From Candidatus Marinacidobacterales bacterium (GTDB lineage Bacteria > Acidobacteriota > Vicinamibacteria > Marinacidobacterales > SMYC01): a stretch of 64,000 nucleotides of DNA. The notes under the pieces were generated by a model. That model was given only the letters and a program-made list of their open reading frames with translations, was not told the origin of the DNA and searched no databases. The stretch lies in assembly GCA_965237955.1 (NCBI GenBank), contig OZ250169.1, positions 3,680,001 through 3,744,000 of the forward strand, given 5' to 3'. The position numbers and the translations under genes were made by a program. The number at the start of each line of letters is the position of its first letter. Within the stretch, counting starts at the first letter, position 1. Positions 40,784-49,722 of the stretch are shown piece after piece.

Positions 40784-43700
40784 CTATTGGCTCGATGTTG
40801 TGACTGGTCCCCGACCCGTGACCAGCCCGCGAAGGTTGCGCTCCTCGAGGGTCCGGTTGAATGCCGGAAGCTCGTTCTGCACGAGCCCCTGAAGCTCCTG
40901 CTGGTACTTCTGAAGTCGCTCCTCGAGCACCTGCTGGACCTCTCGCTGCTGGTCGGTCGGCGGAAAGTCATCCACCGCTACCCCGCGTGCCAGGTAACCG
41001 ATGTGGCTTGCCAGCCTGGTGGGCCAGCGGAGGGTGTCCGCGCCCGAGCCCGTAGTCTTCAATTGAATCAGCTTTTCCTCGAGAGTGATGAATCTGCCGG
41101 ACAGCTCATCGGCGTCCGAAACGATGGCCTCAGCATCACCGAGCCCAGTTAATACCTCCTTCAAATCCAAGAGCTGGCGGCGGATCCATTCGATGCGGTT
41201 GATGGCCTCGGCGGCCCTGTTTAGATCGTCCTGGAGCTCGCGCACCATGTCGGTTTGAACCCGGATGTCCTCCGCCGTCCCTTCGGTGTGCGGATCCTTG
41301 AGGACTTGGAGCTTCTGGCTGTACTCCTTGCCGCCCACCTGGAGGGTCACGGTATACGTGCCGGGGGGCTCCAGGACGGAGATCCGGCGGACCGAAGCGC
41401 GCCGCGTACGCTCGTCGCCGAGATCGACCCAGTCGGCATACAGCGGCTTCGTCCTGAGCTTGATCTGGGTCGAGGGCTCGCCCTCGAAGTCCCACCAGAC
41501 GCGGTTGATGCCGGTGTCCGTCGTGCCCTCGAGCGTTCTTACCGTCTCACCCGCGGCGTTCTTGATCTCGAGTTGAACACTCCTTTCAGGCGCTTCGGGC
41601 CCCTCCGGCTCTTTAGACAGCCAATAGTGAATGGAGGCTCCTTCCGGCGGCTCCTCCCCCGAGGCCGCGTCGTAGCGCATCCTCATGGAGCCTCCGGTGG
41701 TCGGCCGAAACCGGTAGGTCGGCCGCGGCTCGAAAAGGTGTGCTTCCGAGGACGCCACGTCCGAGGTGAGCTGTTGGAGCGGCGTGATGTCGTCCAGGAT
41801 CCAGAACCCCCGGCCGTAGGTACCGACCACGAGATCGTTGAAATGCTCCTGCACGACGAGCCCGTACACCGGCGTCGCGGGCAGGTTGCTTTGAAGCGAC
41901 TGCCAGCGCGCGCCGTCGTCGAACGAGACGTAGAGCGCATTCTCGGTACCCAGGTAGAGGAGCCCGGGCCGCACCGGATCCTCGTGGATGGAGCGGGTGT
42001 AGCTCAAGGGACTATCCGCGATGCCGTTCGTGATCTTTTCCCAGTCTTCTCCGTAGTTGTCGGTCTTGTACACGTGGGGCTCGAAGTTGCCCTGCTGGTG
42101 ATGCTCGATGGCAACATAGGCCTTCGCCGCATCCCACCTGGATGCGTCGATGCCCCGCACCACACCGTCCGGCGGCAGATCCGGAATGCGGCTCGTGACG
42201 TTCGTCCAGTTTTGACCGCCGTCACGACTCACCTGAACCAGTCCGTCGTTGGTCCCGGCCCAGAGCACGCCCTGTTCAACCGGCGACTCATCGAACGCGT
42301 AGATCACGCAACAGTACTCGACGCCGACGTTGTCCGGCGTCAGACCACCGGAGATACCCTGCCTCGACTTGTCGTTCGTGGTGAGGTCCGGACTGATGAC
42401 CTCCCAGCTCTGTCCGTCGTTTTGGGTTCGATGAACATGCTGGCTGGTGACGTAGACGGTTTTGTTGTCGTGGGGAGAGATGAGCAAGGGGAAGGTCCAT
42501 TGGAATCGGTACTTGAGCTCGGCGGCGGGCCACCCCGTGGTGCCCTGCGGCCAGACCTCCAAGTGACGGAACCGTCCGTTGGTCTCGTTGTAGCGGACCA
42601 CGATCCCGCCCTGGGCGCCGGAGCCGGAGGCACTCGACCAGACGATGTTCGGGTCGGTGGGATCCGGAGTCGCGAAACCGCTCTCACCACCGCCGACCCC
42701 ATGAAACACGAACCGGGGCATTTCCCGGCCACGAAACGTACGGTGGATCTCGCTTCTGCTGGGACCGCGCGACGACGCACCGTCCTGCCGGTTGCCCAGG
42801 ACGTTGTAGGGGATCGCAGTGTCCACGGTCACGTGGTACATCTGGGCGATGGGGAGCTGGACGATGTGCCAGGTCTTGGCCCGGTTCACCGTAACCGCCG
42901 TACCGTAGTCGTTGCCAATGATCATCCGGTCCCCGTTGGTCGGATCGATCCATATAGCGTGTTGATCGCCGCCAGGGCTCTGTTGCCCGCCGAGAGACGA
43001 GGCGGTTCGCCCGCCGTCCTTCGAGCGCATGACCGAGCCGGTCACGAATAAAGCCTCATCCGGGTCGTCCGGTGTCACGAAGCAGTGGTTGTAGTAGTGA
43101 GTCCGCCCACCCAGGTTGCGGTTGTGAGTGATGAGCTGCCAGTTCTTACCACCGTCGTCCGAGCGCCATAGCTCGCCGCTCTCGGTCTCCTGTCCATGGC
43201 TGGGCACGCCGTCGCCCGTCTCGATCAAGGCGTAGACCCGATCCGAGTCCGCGGGAGTCATGCAGAGGCCGACCTTTCCCACCGGCAGCTTTGGCAAACC
43301 GTTCCCCTCGAGCTTGGTCCAGGTGTCGCCGCCATCTCGCGACATGTGGATCCCGCTGCCGGGTCCGCCGCTCTCGCGGCCCCAGGTGTGGATCACGATC
43401 TGCCACATCCCCGCGAAGAGGATCCGAGGGTTGTTCGGATCCATCTCCAGGCTCGAGGCCCCCGTGTTCTCATCCACGAAGAGCACGTGCTCCCAGGTCT
43501 CACCGCCGTCCTCGGTGCGGAAGACTCCTCGCTCGGCCTGCGGGCCGTGCGAGTGTCCCAGCGCTGCCACATAGACGATGTCCGAGTTCTTCGGGTGGAT
43601 GACGATCCGCGAGGTGCGACTCGGCCCGGCGAGACCCATGTGGTGCCACGTTTCACCGCCGTCGGTGGACTTGTAGACGCCGGTGCCGAGGGAGACGTTC

Positions 43701-44071
43701 GAGCGGATGTGGGTCTCGCCCGTGCCCGCCCAGACGATATTGGGATCCGACGGCGCCACCGCGAGCGCCCCGATGGAGTGGTCGGGCTGGTCGTCGAAGA
43801 CGGGGCTCCAGTGTATGCCCCCGTCCTTCGACCTCCAGATGCCGCCTGAAGCGGCGCCGACGTAATAGGTCAGCGGATCTCCGGTCACACCCACCACGGA
43901 GGCCACCCGGTTCCCCACGGGGCCGATGTAGCGGTAACCGAGATTCTGATAGTGCTCGGGGGAAACCTCCAGTCGAGCTTGTGCGACGGTCGTCGCGGGC
44001 AGGGCCAGGAGGATCGAGAGCGTCGCGAGGGCGGCCACGTAATCCAACGGACGTCCGGGAAGGTTCGGCAT
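40784..44071 (-). CDS. Secreted VPS10/BNR beta-propeller protein, family B copy 2
   Basis: Close paralogue of 30614-33910, including ~160 bp of upstream leader. Confidence 0.88.
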   Translation of the reverse strand: MPNLPGRPLDYVAALATLSILLALPATTVAQARLEVSPEHYQNLGYRYIGPVGNRVASVVGVTGDPLTYYVGAASGGIWRSKDGGIHWSPVFDDQPDHSIGALAVAPSDPNIVWAGTGETHIRSNVSLGTGVYKSTDGGETWHHMGLAGPSRTSRIVIHPKNSDIVYVAALGHSHGPQAERGVFRTEDGGETWEHVLFVDENTGASSLEMDPNNPRILFAGMWQIVIHTWGRESGGPGSGIHMSRDGGDTWTKLEGNGLPKLPVGKVGLCMTPADSDRVYALIETGDGVPSHGQETESGELWRSDDGGKNWQLITHNRNLGGRTHYYNHCFVTPDDPDEALFVTGSVMRSKDGGRTASSLGGQQSPGGDQHAIWIDPTNGDRMIIGNDYGTAVTVNRAKTWHIVQLPIAQMYHVTVDTAIPYNVLGNRQDGASSRGPSRSEIHRTFRGREMPRFVFHGVGGGESGFATPDPTDPNIVWSSASGSGAQGGIVVRYNETNGRFRHLEVWPQGTTGWPAAELKYRFQWTFPLLISPHDNKTVYVTSQHVHRTQNDGQSWEVISPDLTTNDKSRQGISGGLTPDNVGVEYCCVIYAFDESPVEQGVLWAGTNDGLVQVSRDGGQNWTNVTSRIPDLPPDGVVRGIDASRWDAAKAYVAIEHHQQGNFEPHVYKTDNYGEDWEKITNGIADSPLSYTRSIHEDPVRPGLLYLGTENALYVSFDDGARWQSLQSNLPATPVYGLVVQEHFNDLVVGTYGRGFWILDDITPLQQLTSDVASSEAHLFEPRPTYRFRPTTGGSMRMRYDAASGEEPPEGASIHYWLSKEPEGPEAPERSVQLEIKNAAGETVRTLEGTTDTGINRVWWDFEGEPSTQIKLRTKPLYADWVDLGDERTRRASVRRISVLEPPGTYTVTLQVGGKEYSQKLQVLKDPHTEGTAEDIRVQTDMVRELQDDLNRAAEAINRIEWIRRQLLDLKEVLTGLGDAEAIVSDADELSGRFITLEEKLIQLKTTGSGADTLRWPTRLASHIGYLARGVAVDDFPPTDQQREVQQVLEERLQKYQQELQGLVQNELPAFNRTLEERNLRGLVTGRGPVTTSSQ

Positions 44072-44428
44072 GGTAACGCCTCCAATTCGTAGTTGGTAAG
44101 AAACTCCATCACCGCGCGCTCACACTTCGTTCACGCGCTCGTTCGGCCATCAACCGGGCTCGCTCCCGGATAACCGGCGAGGAAGTTTAATCCGGGTAGC
44201 TCGGGTGCGCCACCGGAGTCCGGCCAATGGCCGCTTTGTCCGTAGCGCATCGCAATCGCTCGGGCTCATGCCCCGAATGGAACCATTCAGCTTCTTGCCG
44301 GCGTTCATTGTAACACCGCGGGCATATCCATCGACACAGCAGAACATGATTGCACGTGACTCCGGTTGGCGGTCGAACGAAAAGAAGATGGATGAAAGCG
44401 AAGAGGACCCTAACTGAAACTCGACGAT

Positions 44429-44458
44429 TTGTCCTAGACTGTAATAGGGCCGTATAAT
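44429..44458 (+). promoter_or_regulatory. Candidate sigma70 promoter of the flavoprotein/Mo-hydroxylase operon
   Basis: TTGTCC-N18-TATAAT about 125 nt upstream of ATG 44585. Confidence 0.45.
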
Positions 44459-44470
44459 CAAACCGCCCTC

Positions 44471-44540
44471 GAAGAAGCTGGGAGGCTCCAGTGCAGGTCC
44501 CTTTTAGTGAAGAAGCTGGGAGGCTCCAGTGCAGGTCCCT
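44471..44540 (+). repeat. Perfect 32-bp direct repeat (2 copies, 6-bp spacer)
   Basis: GAAGAAGCTGGGAGGCTCCAGTGCAGGTCCCT at 44471-44502 and 44509-44540. Confidence 0.9.
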
Positions 44541-44584
44541 CATAGTATTGACTACAAACAGCGAGAGGACCAGGAGTCGTTCGT

Positions 44585-46363
44585 ATGAAGTTTGAAGTGG
44601 TGGCATCAGACGTCGTTGTGATTGGCGCAGGTGGAGCGGGAATGCGCGCAGCGATCGCGGCTGCCGAGGCAGGTGCAAAGGTGGTGTTGTTGACCAAGGG
44701 TCAAGCCGCGCGCAGCGGCGCCACGCCCATGGCCTGCCCTTCCTATCAAGCGGCTTTTGCGATGGAGGACGATAGGGACAGCTCCGAGATTGCCTTCGAG
44801 GATACTTGCTACGAAGGACGTTATCTCGGCGACGAGAACCTAATCAAGGTCCTGACATCTGAGTCGACGGAACGCGCCATGGACATGTACCGCTATGGGG
44901 TCAAGTTCCGCGAGAACGAGCGAGGAAAGTTTCTTCAGGTCGTTCATCCTGGTCATTCGTTTGAACGAAATCTGGTCATCTTAGGGGATGGGTATGCGAT
45001 GGCCGCCGGTCTACGCCGAGAGGTCATCAAGCAAGAAAACGTTCAGCTCGTCGAAGATGTCGTTGCCACACTGCTCCTGAAAGACGGCGACCGGATGGCT
45101 GGGCTCGTAGCGCTGGACATGCGGAAAGGCCATCCGGTTGTGTTTGAAGCTCCCTCGGTGATCCTCGCCACCGGCGGCTATCCGGAACTCTGGCGGTGGA
45201 CCGATACCGAGCCCGGGCTGACCGGCGAAGGCGTGTACCTGATGTACGAGGCCGGTGCAGACCTCGTTGATCTCGAAATGATGCTTTTCTACCCCACCGG
45301 TCTCTGCTGGCCGTCTGAGGTGGAGGGGACGCTGGTGCAGTACGAGGGGCTGCTTACCGAGAAATACTGCAATGCCAAGATGCTCAATGGCCTCGGTGAA
45401 CCCTTCCTACCGAAGACCGATCGTCTCCCGGTGCGCGACATCATGATGAAGCTGATGTTCAAGGAAATTGAAGAAGGTCGGGGCACGCCTCACGGCGGCG
45501 TGTACGTGGATCTGCGCAAGTCACCCAACTCGCCCGAAAAGGTGATGGAGATTCTCCACCGGCTCGACTCCCTGCCTTACAAAGAGCTGGAACTTCTAGG
45601 TATCAACGTGCTCGAGCAGCCCATCGAGGTGATGCCCGTGACCCACTACACCCTTGGTGGGGCGCGCATCAACGAGTGGGCGGAAACGAATGTTCCTGGC
45701 TTGTATGCCGCTGGCGAGGTCGCGGGCAATGTGCACGGCGCCAACCGAACCAGTGGCAACGCCCTTGCCGAGACGCAGGTTTTCGGGCGCCGGGCCGGTA
45801 TCCGGGCAGCAGAATATGCGCGCGAGAGCCCAGCGCTCGAAAATGACGAAGCCACGATTGCCGCGGAATTTGAACGCATCTACGATTTGCGCAAGGAGCG
45901 CGGAAACGGCATACGACCCATCGATTTCAAGCGCAAGGTCAAGGCGATCATGCACCAGTACGTGCACTATCGTCGCAATGCCGAAGGCCTATCGACCGCC
46001 ATGGCGGAGCTCGGCGGTCTGCGTGAAGAACAGGCGCAGCGTGTCCAGGCGGCCGCTGGACCAGCAACGTACAACTATGAGTGGGAAGAGGCGCTCGAGA
46101 CCCACGCTATTGTGCGACTTGCGGAAATGACCGCCGCCTCAGCCCTGGCTCGCGAAGAAAGCCGCGGCCATCACTGGCGAACAGACTTTCCTGAAATGCG
46201 ACCCGAATGGGCAAAGCATACAATTGTGAAGCGAACCGACGAGGAAGCGTACAACGTGACAGATGCTCCGGTGGTCCGCCTGAAGGATCGCACGAGGGAG
46301 AGAAGGCGAGCAGACCCCGCATTGATTGAAGCAGGGGTCTTGGAAGGTTATGATGCGGTGTAG
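44585..46363 (+). CDS. SdhA/FrdA/NadB-family FAD-dependent oxidoreductase (atypical)
   Basis: VIGAGGAG dinucleotide fold, LATGG, THYTLGG, AAGE, HGANR, REESRG. Confidence 0.88.
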   Translation: MKFEVVASDVVVIGAGGAGMRAAIAAAEAGAKVVLLTKGQAARSGATPMACPSYQAAFAMEDDRDSSEIAFEDTCYEGRYLGDENLIKVLTSESTERAMDMYRYGVKFRENERGKFLQVVHPGHSFERNLVILGDGYAMAAGLRREVIKQENVQLVEDVVATLLLKDGDRMAGLVALDMRKGHPVVFEAPSVILATGGYPELWRWTDTEPGLTGEGVYLMYEAGADLVDLEMMLFYPTGLCWPSEVEGTLVQYEGLLTEKYCNAKMLNGLGEPFLPKTDRLPVRDIMMKLMFKEIEEGRGTPHGGVYVDLRKSPNSPEKVMEILHRLDSLPYKELELLGINVLEQPIEVMPVTHYTLGGARINEWAETNVPGLYAAGEVAGNVHGANRTSGNALAETQVFGRRAGIRAAEYARESPALENDEATIAAEFERIYDLRKERGNGIRPIDFKRKVKAIMHQYVHYRRNAEGLSTAMAELGGLREEQAQRVQAAAGPATYNYEWEEALETHAIVRLAEMTAASALAREESRGHHWRTDFPEMRPEWAKHTIVKRTDEEAYNVTDAPVVRLKDRTRERRRADPALIEAGVLEGYDAV

Positions 46364-46371
46364 GGAAGATC

Positions 46372-46746
46372 ATGTCACACATTCTTGTGATCGAGGAAAC
46401 GGAACCCGTAGAGATCGGGGAGCCCATCACCGCCGACGTATACCGTTTCGACCCGTCGAGCGACATCGAGCCGCGGGTGGAGCGCTACACGGTTCCTTAC
46501 CACCACCGGATGAGTGTGTTCACTTTGCTGCGTGAGATCTATGCGCGCCAAGATCAAACGCTTGCTTTCCGCAACCAACAATGTGGGCGGGGGATCTGCG
46601 GCACGTGCCGGGTGCGGCTTCAGATCAATGGCGGCGAGGAGAAATCCCTCAAGGGATGCACCATTCCGCTCGAGCCGGGTTCGCATGTCGTCATCAAACC
46701 CTATAAGGAGAACAGAGTCATCCGCGATCTCGTGGTGGATTTTTGA
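46372..46746 (+). CDS. 2Fe-2S protein (SdhB/FrdB N-terminal domain only)
   Basis: VYRFDP, TLAFR, CGRGICGTC...C, VIRDLVVDF; no 4Fe-4S/3Fe-4S domain. Confidence 0.82.
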   Translation: MSHILVIEETEPVEIGEPITADVYRFDPSSDIEPRVERYTVPYHHRMSVFTLLREIYARQDQTLAFRNQQCGRGICGTCRVRLQINGGEEKSLKGCTIPLEPGSHVVIKPYKENRVIRDLVVDF

Positions 46747-46790
46747 GAGGCTCAGGGGTCCACATCGTAGAATGATCCAATGAACCACTA

Positions 46791-46822
46791 GCAGGGTGCT
46801 GAAAAAGCGTTCTGCACCCTGC
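46791..46822 (+). other. Intergenic hairpin (REP/IS-end-like)
   Basis: GCAGGGTGC-T-GAA AAAGCG TTC-T-GCACCCTGC stem-loop without a U-tract, inside the operon. Confidence 0.45.
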
Positions 46823-46961
46823 GCGGGCGAGTTGCAAAAAGACGCGCGCCCGGCCCGAATGGGCCGTCAAAGGCCCGAGCGAGGAGCAAGGGAGCCGAAG
46901 AGACCGAGCACTGGAGTGAACCAGTAACGGGGGACGAGGGCCAAAGAAGAGGTTGTGGTTC

Positions 46962-47849
46962 ATGCTATATCAGACTTACTACGCACCAGAGACGGTCGAG
47001 GAGGCGCTCACCCACCTGGCACAAGCCAACGGTAACACGGTGAAGCTCATAGCTGGCGGCACCGACCTCATGGTCCAGCTGCGTGAACGTATGGTGCATG
47101 CGGACACGCTGGTGGATGTGAGCGGAATTGCCGAGCTGGGGCGGATTTGGGTGGATGAGCATCGGCTTCACATCGGCGCTACCGTCACCTACACGCAGCT
47201 CATCGAGTCAGAACTGGTCCATGAGTACGCCTATTTGCTTGCAGAAGCCAGTCGGGTCATTGGCGCGCCGCAGATCCAGCACATGGGAACGATTGGTGGG
47301 AACCTGGGTAACGCCTCGCCTGCGGGCGACACATTACCCTGCTTGTACGCTCTCGAGGCCGAGGTAACGCTGGCGGGCCTCGAGGGTGAGCGGCAACTGG
47401 CCATGTCCGACTACATGCTGGGCGTGCGTAAGACAGCGATGCAGCCAAGTGAGCTCATTACAGAGGTGTCTTTCGACATCCCGCGGGGAAATGCTGGAAG
47501 CGCTTTCGCCAAATTGGGACTGCGGCGTGCCCAGGCAATCTCCGTCGTCGATGTCGCGGCACTCGTGTTCCTCGATGATGACCGCATCTCGAACGTGCGT
47601 GTTGCTCTGGGCTCTGTGGCCCCGACCATTGTGCGCGCTCGGGCGGTGGAGCAGATGCTGATGGGGCAGATACCATCGGATGACCTACTCGATCGAGCTG
47701 CCGAGGCCGCCCGGCAGGATATCAGCCCCATAACGGACATCCGGGGCAGCTTCGCTTATCGGCTCTACATAACCAAGCCGTTGGTCAGGCAGGCGGTAGA
47801 AACTGCGTTGAAACGAGCAGGAGCGCCAGGGCAACGCGAGGAAAACTAA
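46962..47849 (+). CDS. Molybdenum hydroxylase FAD subunit (NdhF/CoxM/XdhB-like)
   Basis: IAGGTDL, GTIGGNLGNASPAGD, ISPITDIRGS. Confidence 0.92.
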   Translation: MLYQTYYAPETVEEALTHLAQANGNTVKLIAGGTDLMVQLRERMVHADTLVDVSGIAELGRIWVDEHRLHIGATVTYTQLIESELVHEYAYLLAEASRVIGAPQIQHMGTIGGNLGNASPAGDTLPCLYALEAEVTLAGLEGERQLAMSDYMLGVRKTAMQPSELITEVSFDIPRGNAGSAFAKLGLRRAQAISVVDVAALVFLDDDRISNVRVALGSVAPTIVRARAVEQMLMGQIPSDDLLDRAAEAARQDISPITDIRGSFAYRLYITKPLVRQAVETALKRAGAPGQREEN

Positions 47850-47852
47850 CCC

Positions 47853-48413
47853 ATGGCAAACTTCGTCGAGAAGATTGGCGAGAAGCAAGTGTTGATGGAG
47901 GTCACCATTAATGGGGAGCCCGTCTCCAAGGTCGTGAGAGCAGGGCGTCGCCTGATTGATTTCCTGCGAGATGATCTCCACCTGTACGGCACGAAAGAGG
48001 GATGCGGCGAGGGTGAGTGCGGAAGCTGTACCGTTTTCTTGAATGGAACAGCAATTCTCTCTTGTCTCGTGCCTGTGGAAAGAGCTCATGGTGGCGAGGT
48101 ACTGACCATCGAGGGAATCGGTACGTCAGTGAACCTACATCCTCTGCAGCGGGCGATGCTCGAAGAGGGTGGCATACAGTGCGGTATATGCACGCCGGGA
48201 ATGGTGATGGCTGGTATCGATCTGCTCCAGCGTAACCCTGAACCAACGAGGGAAGAGTGTATCGAGGGCATTACCGGCAACCTGTGCCGGTGTACGGGCT
48301 ACCAGAAGATCGTCTCAGCGGTCCAGCGTGCAGCCAGGGACACGCTGTGGCACCGGGATCAGCGCCACGAATATCGGAGGGAACCGAATGAGAGACTCAC
48401 CCGTCGAAGTTGA
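47853..48413 (+). CDS. Molybdenum hydroxylase 2x[2Fe-2S] subunit (NdhS/CoxS-like)
   Basis: KEGCGEGECGSCTV, QCGICTPG, GNLCRCTGY. Confidence 0.93.
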   Translation: MANFVEKIGEKQVLMEVTINGEPVSKVVRAGRRLIDFLRDDLHLYGTKEGCGEGECGSCTVFLNGTAILSCLVPVERAHGGEVLTIEGIGTSVNLHPLQRAMLEEGGIQCGICTPGMVMAGIDLLQRNPEPTREECIEGITGNLCRCTGYQKIVSAVQRAARDTLWHRDQRHEYRREPNERLTRRS

Positions 48414-49722
48414 TGTTAAGCACAAGCTGATCCAGGAAGAAAAAGACATCATCGGCGAATCGGTCGTCCGGGAAGACGCCGTGCCGAAGGTGACGGGGAA
48501 AGCCATTTACGGCGCCGACCTCTACAAGCCAGGGATGCTCCACGCCAAAGTGCTCTTGAGCACAGAGGCCCACGCCCTGGTCAAGCACATTGACACCCGC
48601 GAAGCTGAACAGATGGACGGTGTCCACGCCGTCCTCACGGCCAAGGATATCCCCGGTGCCAACGTCTACGGCATTGCCATCCCTGACCAGCAGGTGCTGG
48701 CAGAAGAAAAGGTCCGCTTTTTTGGGGAGCCGGTGGCGCTCGTAGCCGCCGAAGAGCCCGACCTCGCAGAGGAGGCGATAGACAAGATTCAGGTTGAATA
48801 TGAACCGCTGCCCCCAGTGTTCGATCCCATCTCGGCACTTGAGCCTCAAGCGCCCCAGGTGCAGCCAAACGGAAATCTCATTCTACACACTCGCGTGCGC
48901 AAGGGCGACTTCGAAAAGGGTTTCGAGGAAGCGGATGTTGTTATTGAAGACCTGTTCCGCACCCACGGACAAGATCATGCGCCCATAGAGCCTGAGGCGG
49001 GCATCGCATGGATTGACGAAAATGGAATCTTGGTCATATTCTCCTCATCCCAATATATCTTTCGCGACCGCCGCCAAGTAGCGCACGTACTCAAGCTGCC
49101 AGCTAACCGAATCAGAAACATCGCGAGCGAGATGGGTGGCGGATTCGGTCGCAAGGATGATGTCACGGTCGAAATTTTGGTCGCGCTTCTCGCGTGGGCG
49201 ACCGGGCGACCGGTTCGCCTTGCTTACACGCGGCATGAATCCATGCTTACCCAGACTCACCGTCATCCCACCGTTGTCCGGGCACGTGCCGGCGCGACGC
49301 GGGATGGGAAACTGACGGCACTCGAGGGTGTCATCTACGGGGATTCTGGCGCCTACGCATCGTTGGGAATCTACGTGATCAAGAAGATGGCCCTTCATCT
49401 TGGTGGGCCGTACTACTGGCCGAACTATAAGACGGACAGTTTCTCTGTTTACACCAACAATCCCATTGGCGGTCCCTTCCGCGGATTCGGCGTTCTTCAG
49501 TGTGCAGTCGTTCACGAGAGTCTGCTCGATCGGCTTGCCGAGACGATCGGCATGGATCCTATTGAATTCCGCTTGAACAATTGCCTGCGCGAGGGGCTTA
49601 CCTTCAGCACCGGCCAGGTCATGACAGAAGCGGCCGGCATTGCCGCTACCCTGGAAAAACTGAAAGAGTACATGGCCGATGAAGACTTGAGCTTCAACCG
49701 TCATTCGGAGGTGACCGCGTGA
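48388..49722 (+). CDS. Molybdopterin subunit, large half (NdhL-like)
   Basis: KVTGKAIYGAD, GGGFGRK, RHP, TNNPIGGPFRGFG; ends where single-chain XdhA/CoxL proteins continue. Confidence 0.9.
   Translation: MRDSPVEVDVKHKLIQEEKDIIGESVVREDAVPKVTGKAIYGADLYKPGMLHAKVLLSTEAHALVKHIDTREAEQMDGVHAVLTAKDIPGANVYGIAIPDQQVLAEEKVRFFGEPVALVAAEEPDLAEEAIDKIQVEYEPLPPVFDPISALEPQAPQVQPNGNLILHTRVRKGDFEKGFEEADVVIEDLFRTHGQDHAPIEPEAGIAWIDENGILVIFSSSQYIFRDRRQVAHVLKLPANRIRNIASEMGGGFGRKDDVTVEILVALLAWATGRPVRLAYTRHESMLTQTHRHPTVVRARAGATRDGKLTALEGVIYGDSGAYASLGIYVIKKMALHLGGPYYWPNYKTDSFSVYTNNPIGGPFRGFGVLQCAVVHESLLDRLAETIGMDPIEFRLNNCLREGLTFSTGQVMTEAAGIAATLEKLKEYMADEDLSFNRHSEVTA

Noticed and set aside
40612-40971. N-terminal extensions in the ORF track (ggt from 40971, receptor from 7158, A1 from 11996, istB from 8585, dehydrogenase from 61514)
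   Set aside because: They run through neighbouring genes, IS ends or intergenic DNA. Downstream ATGs with RBS and signal peptides fit better.
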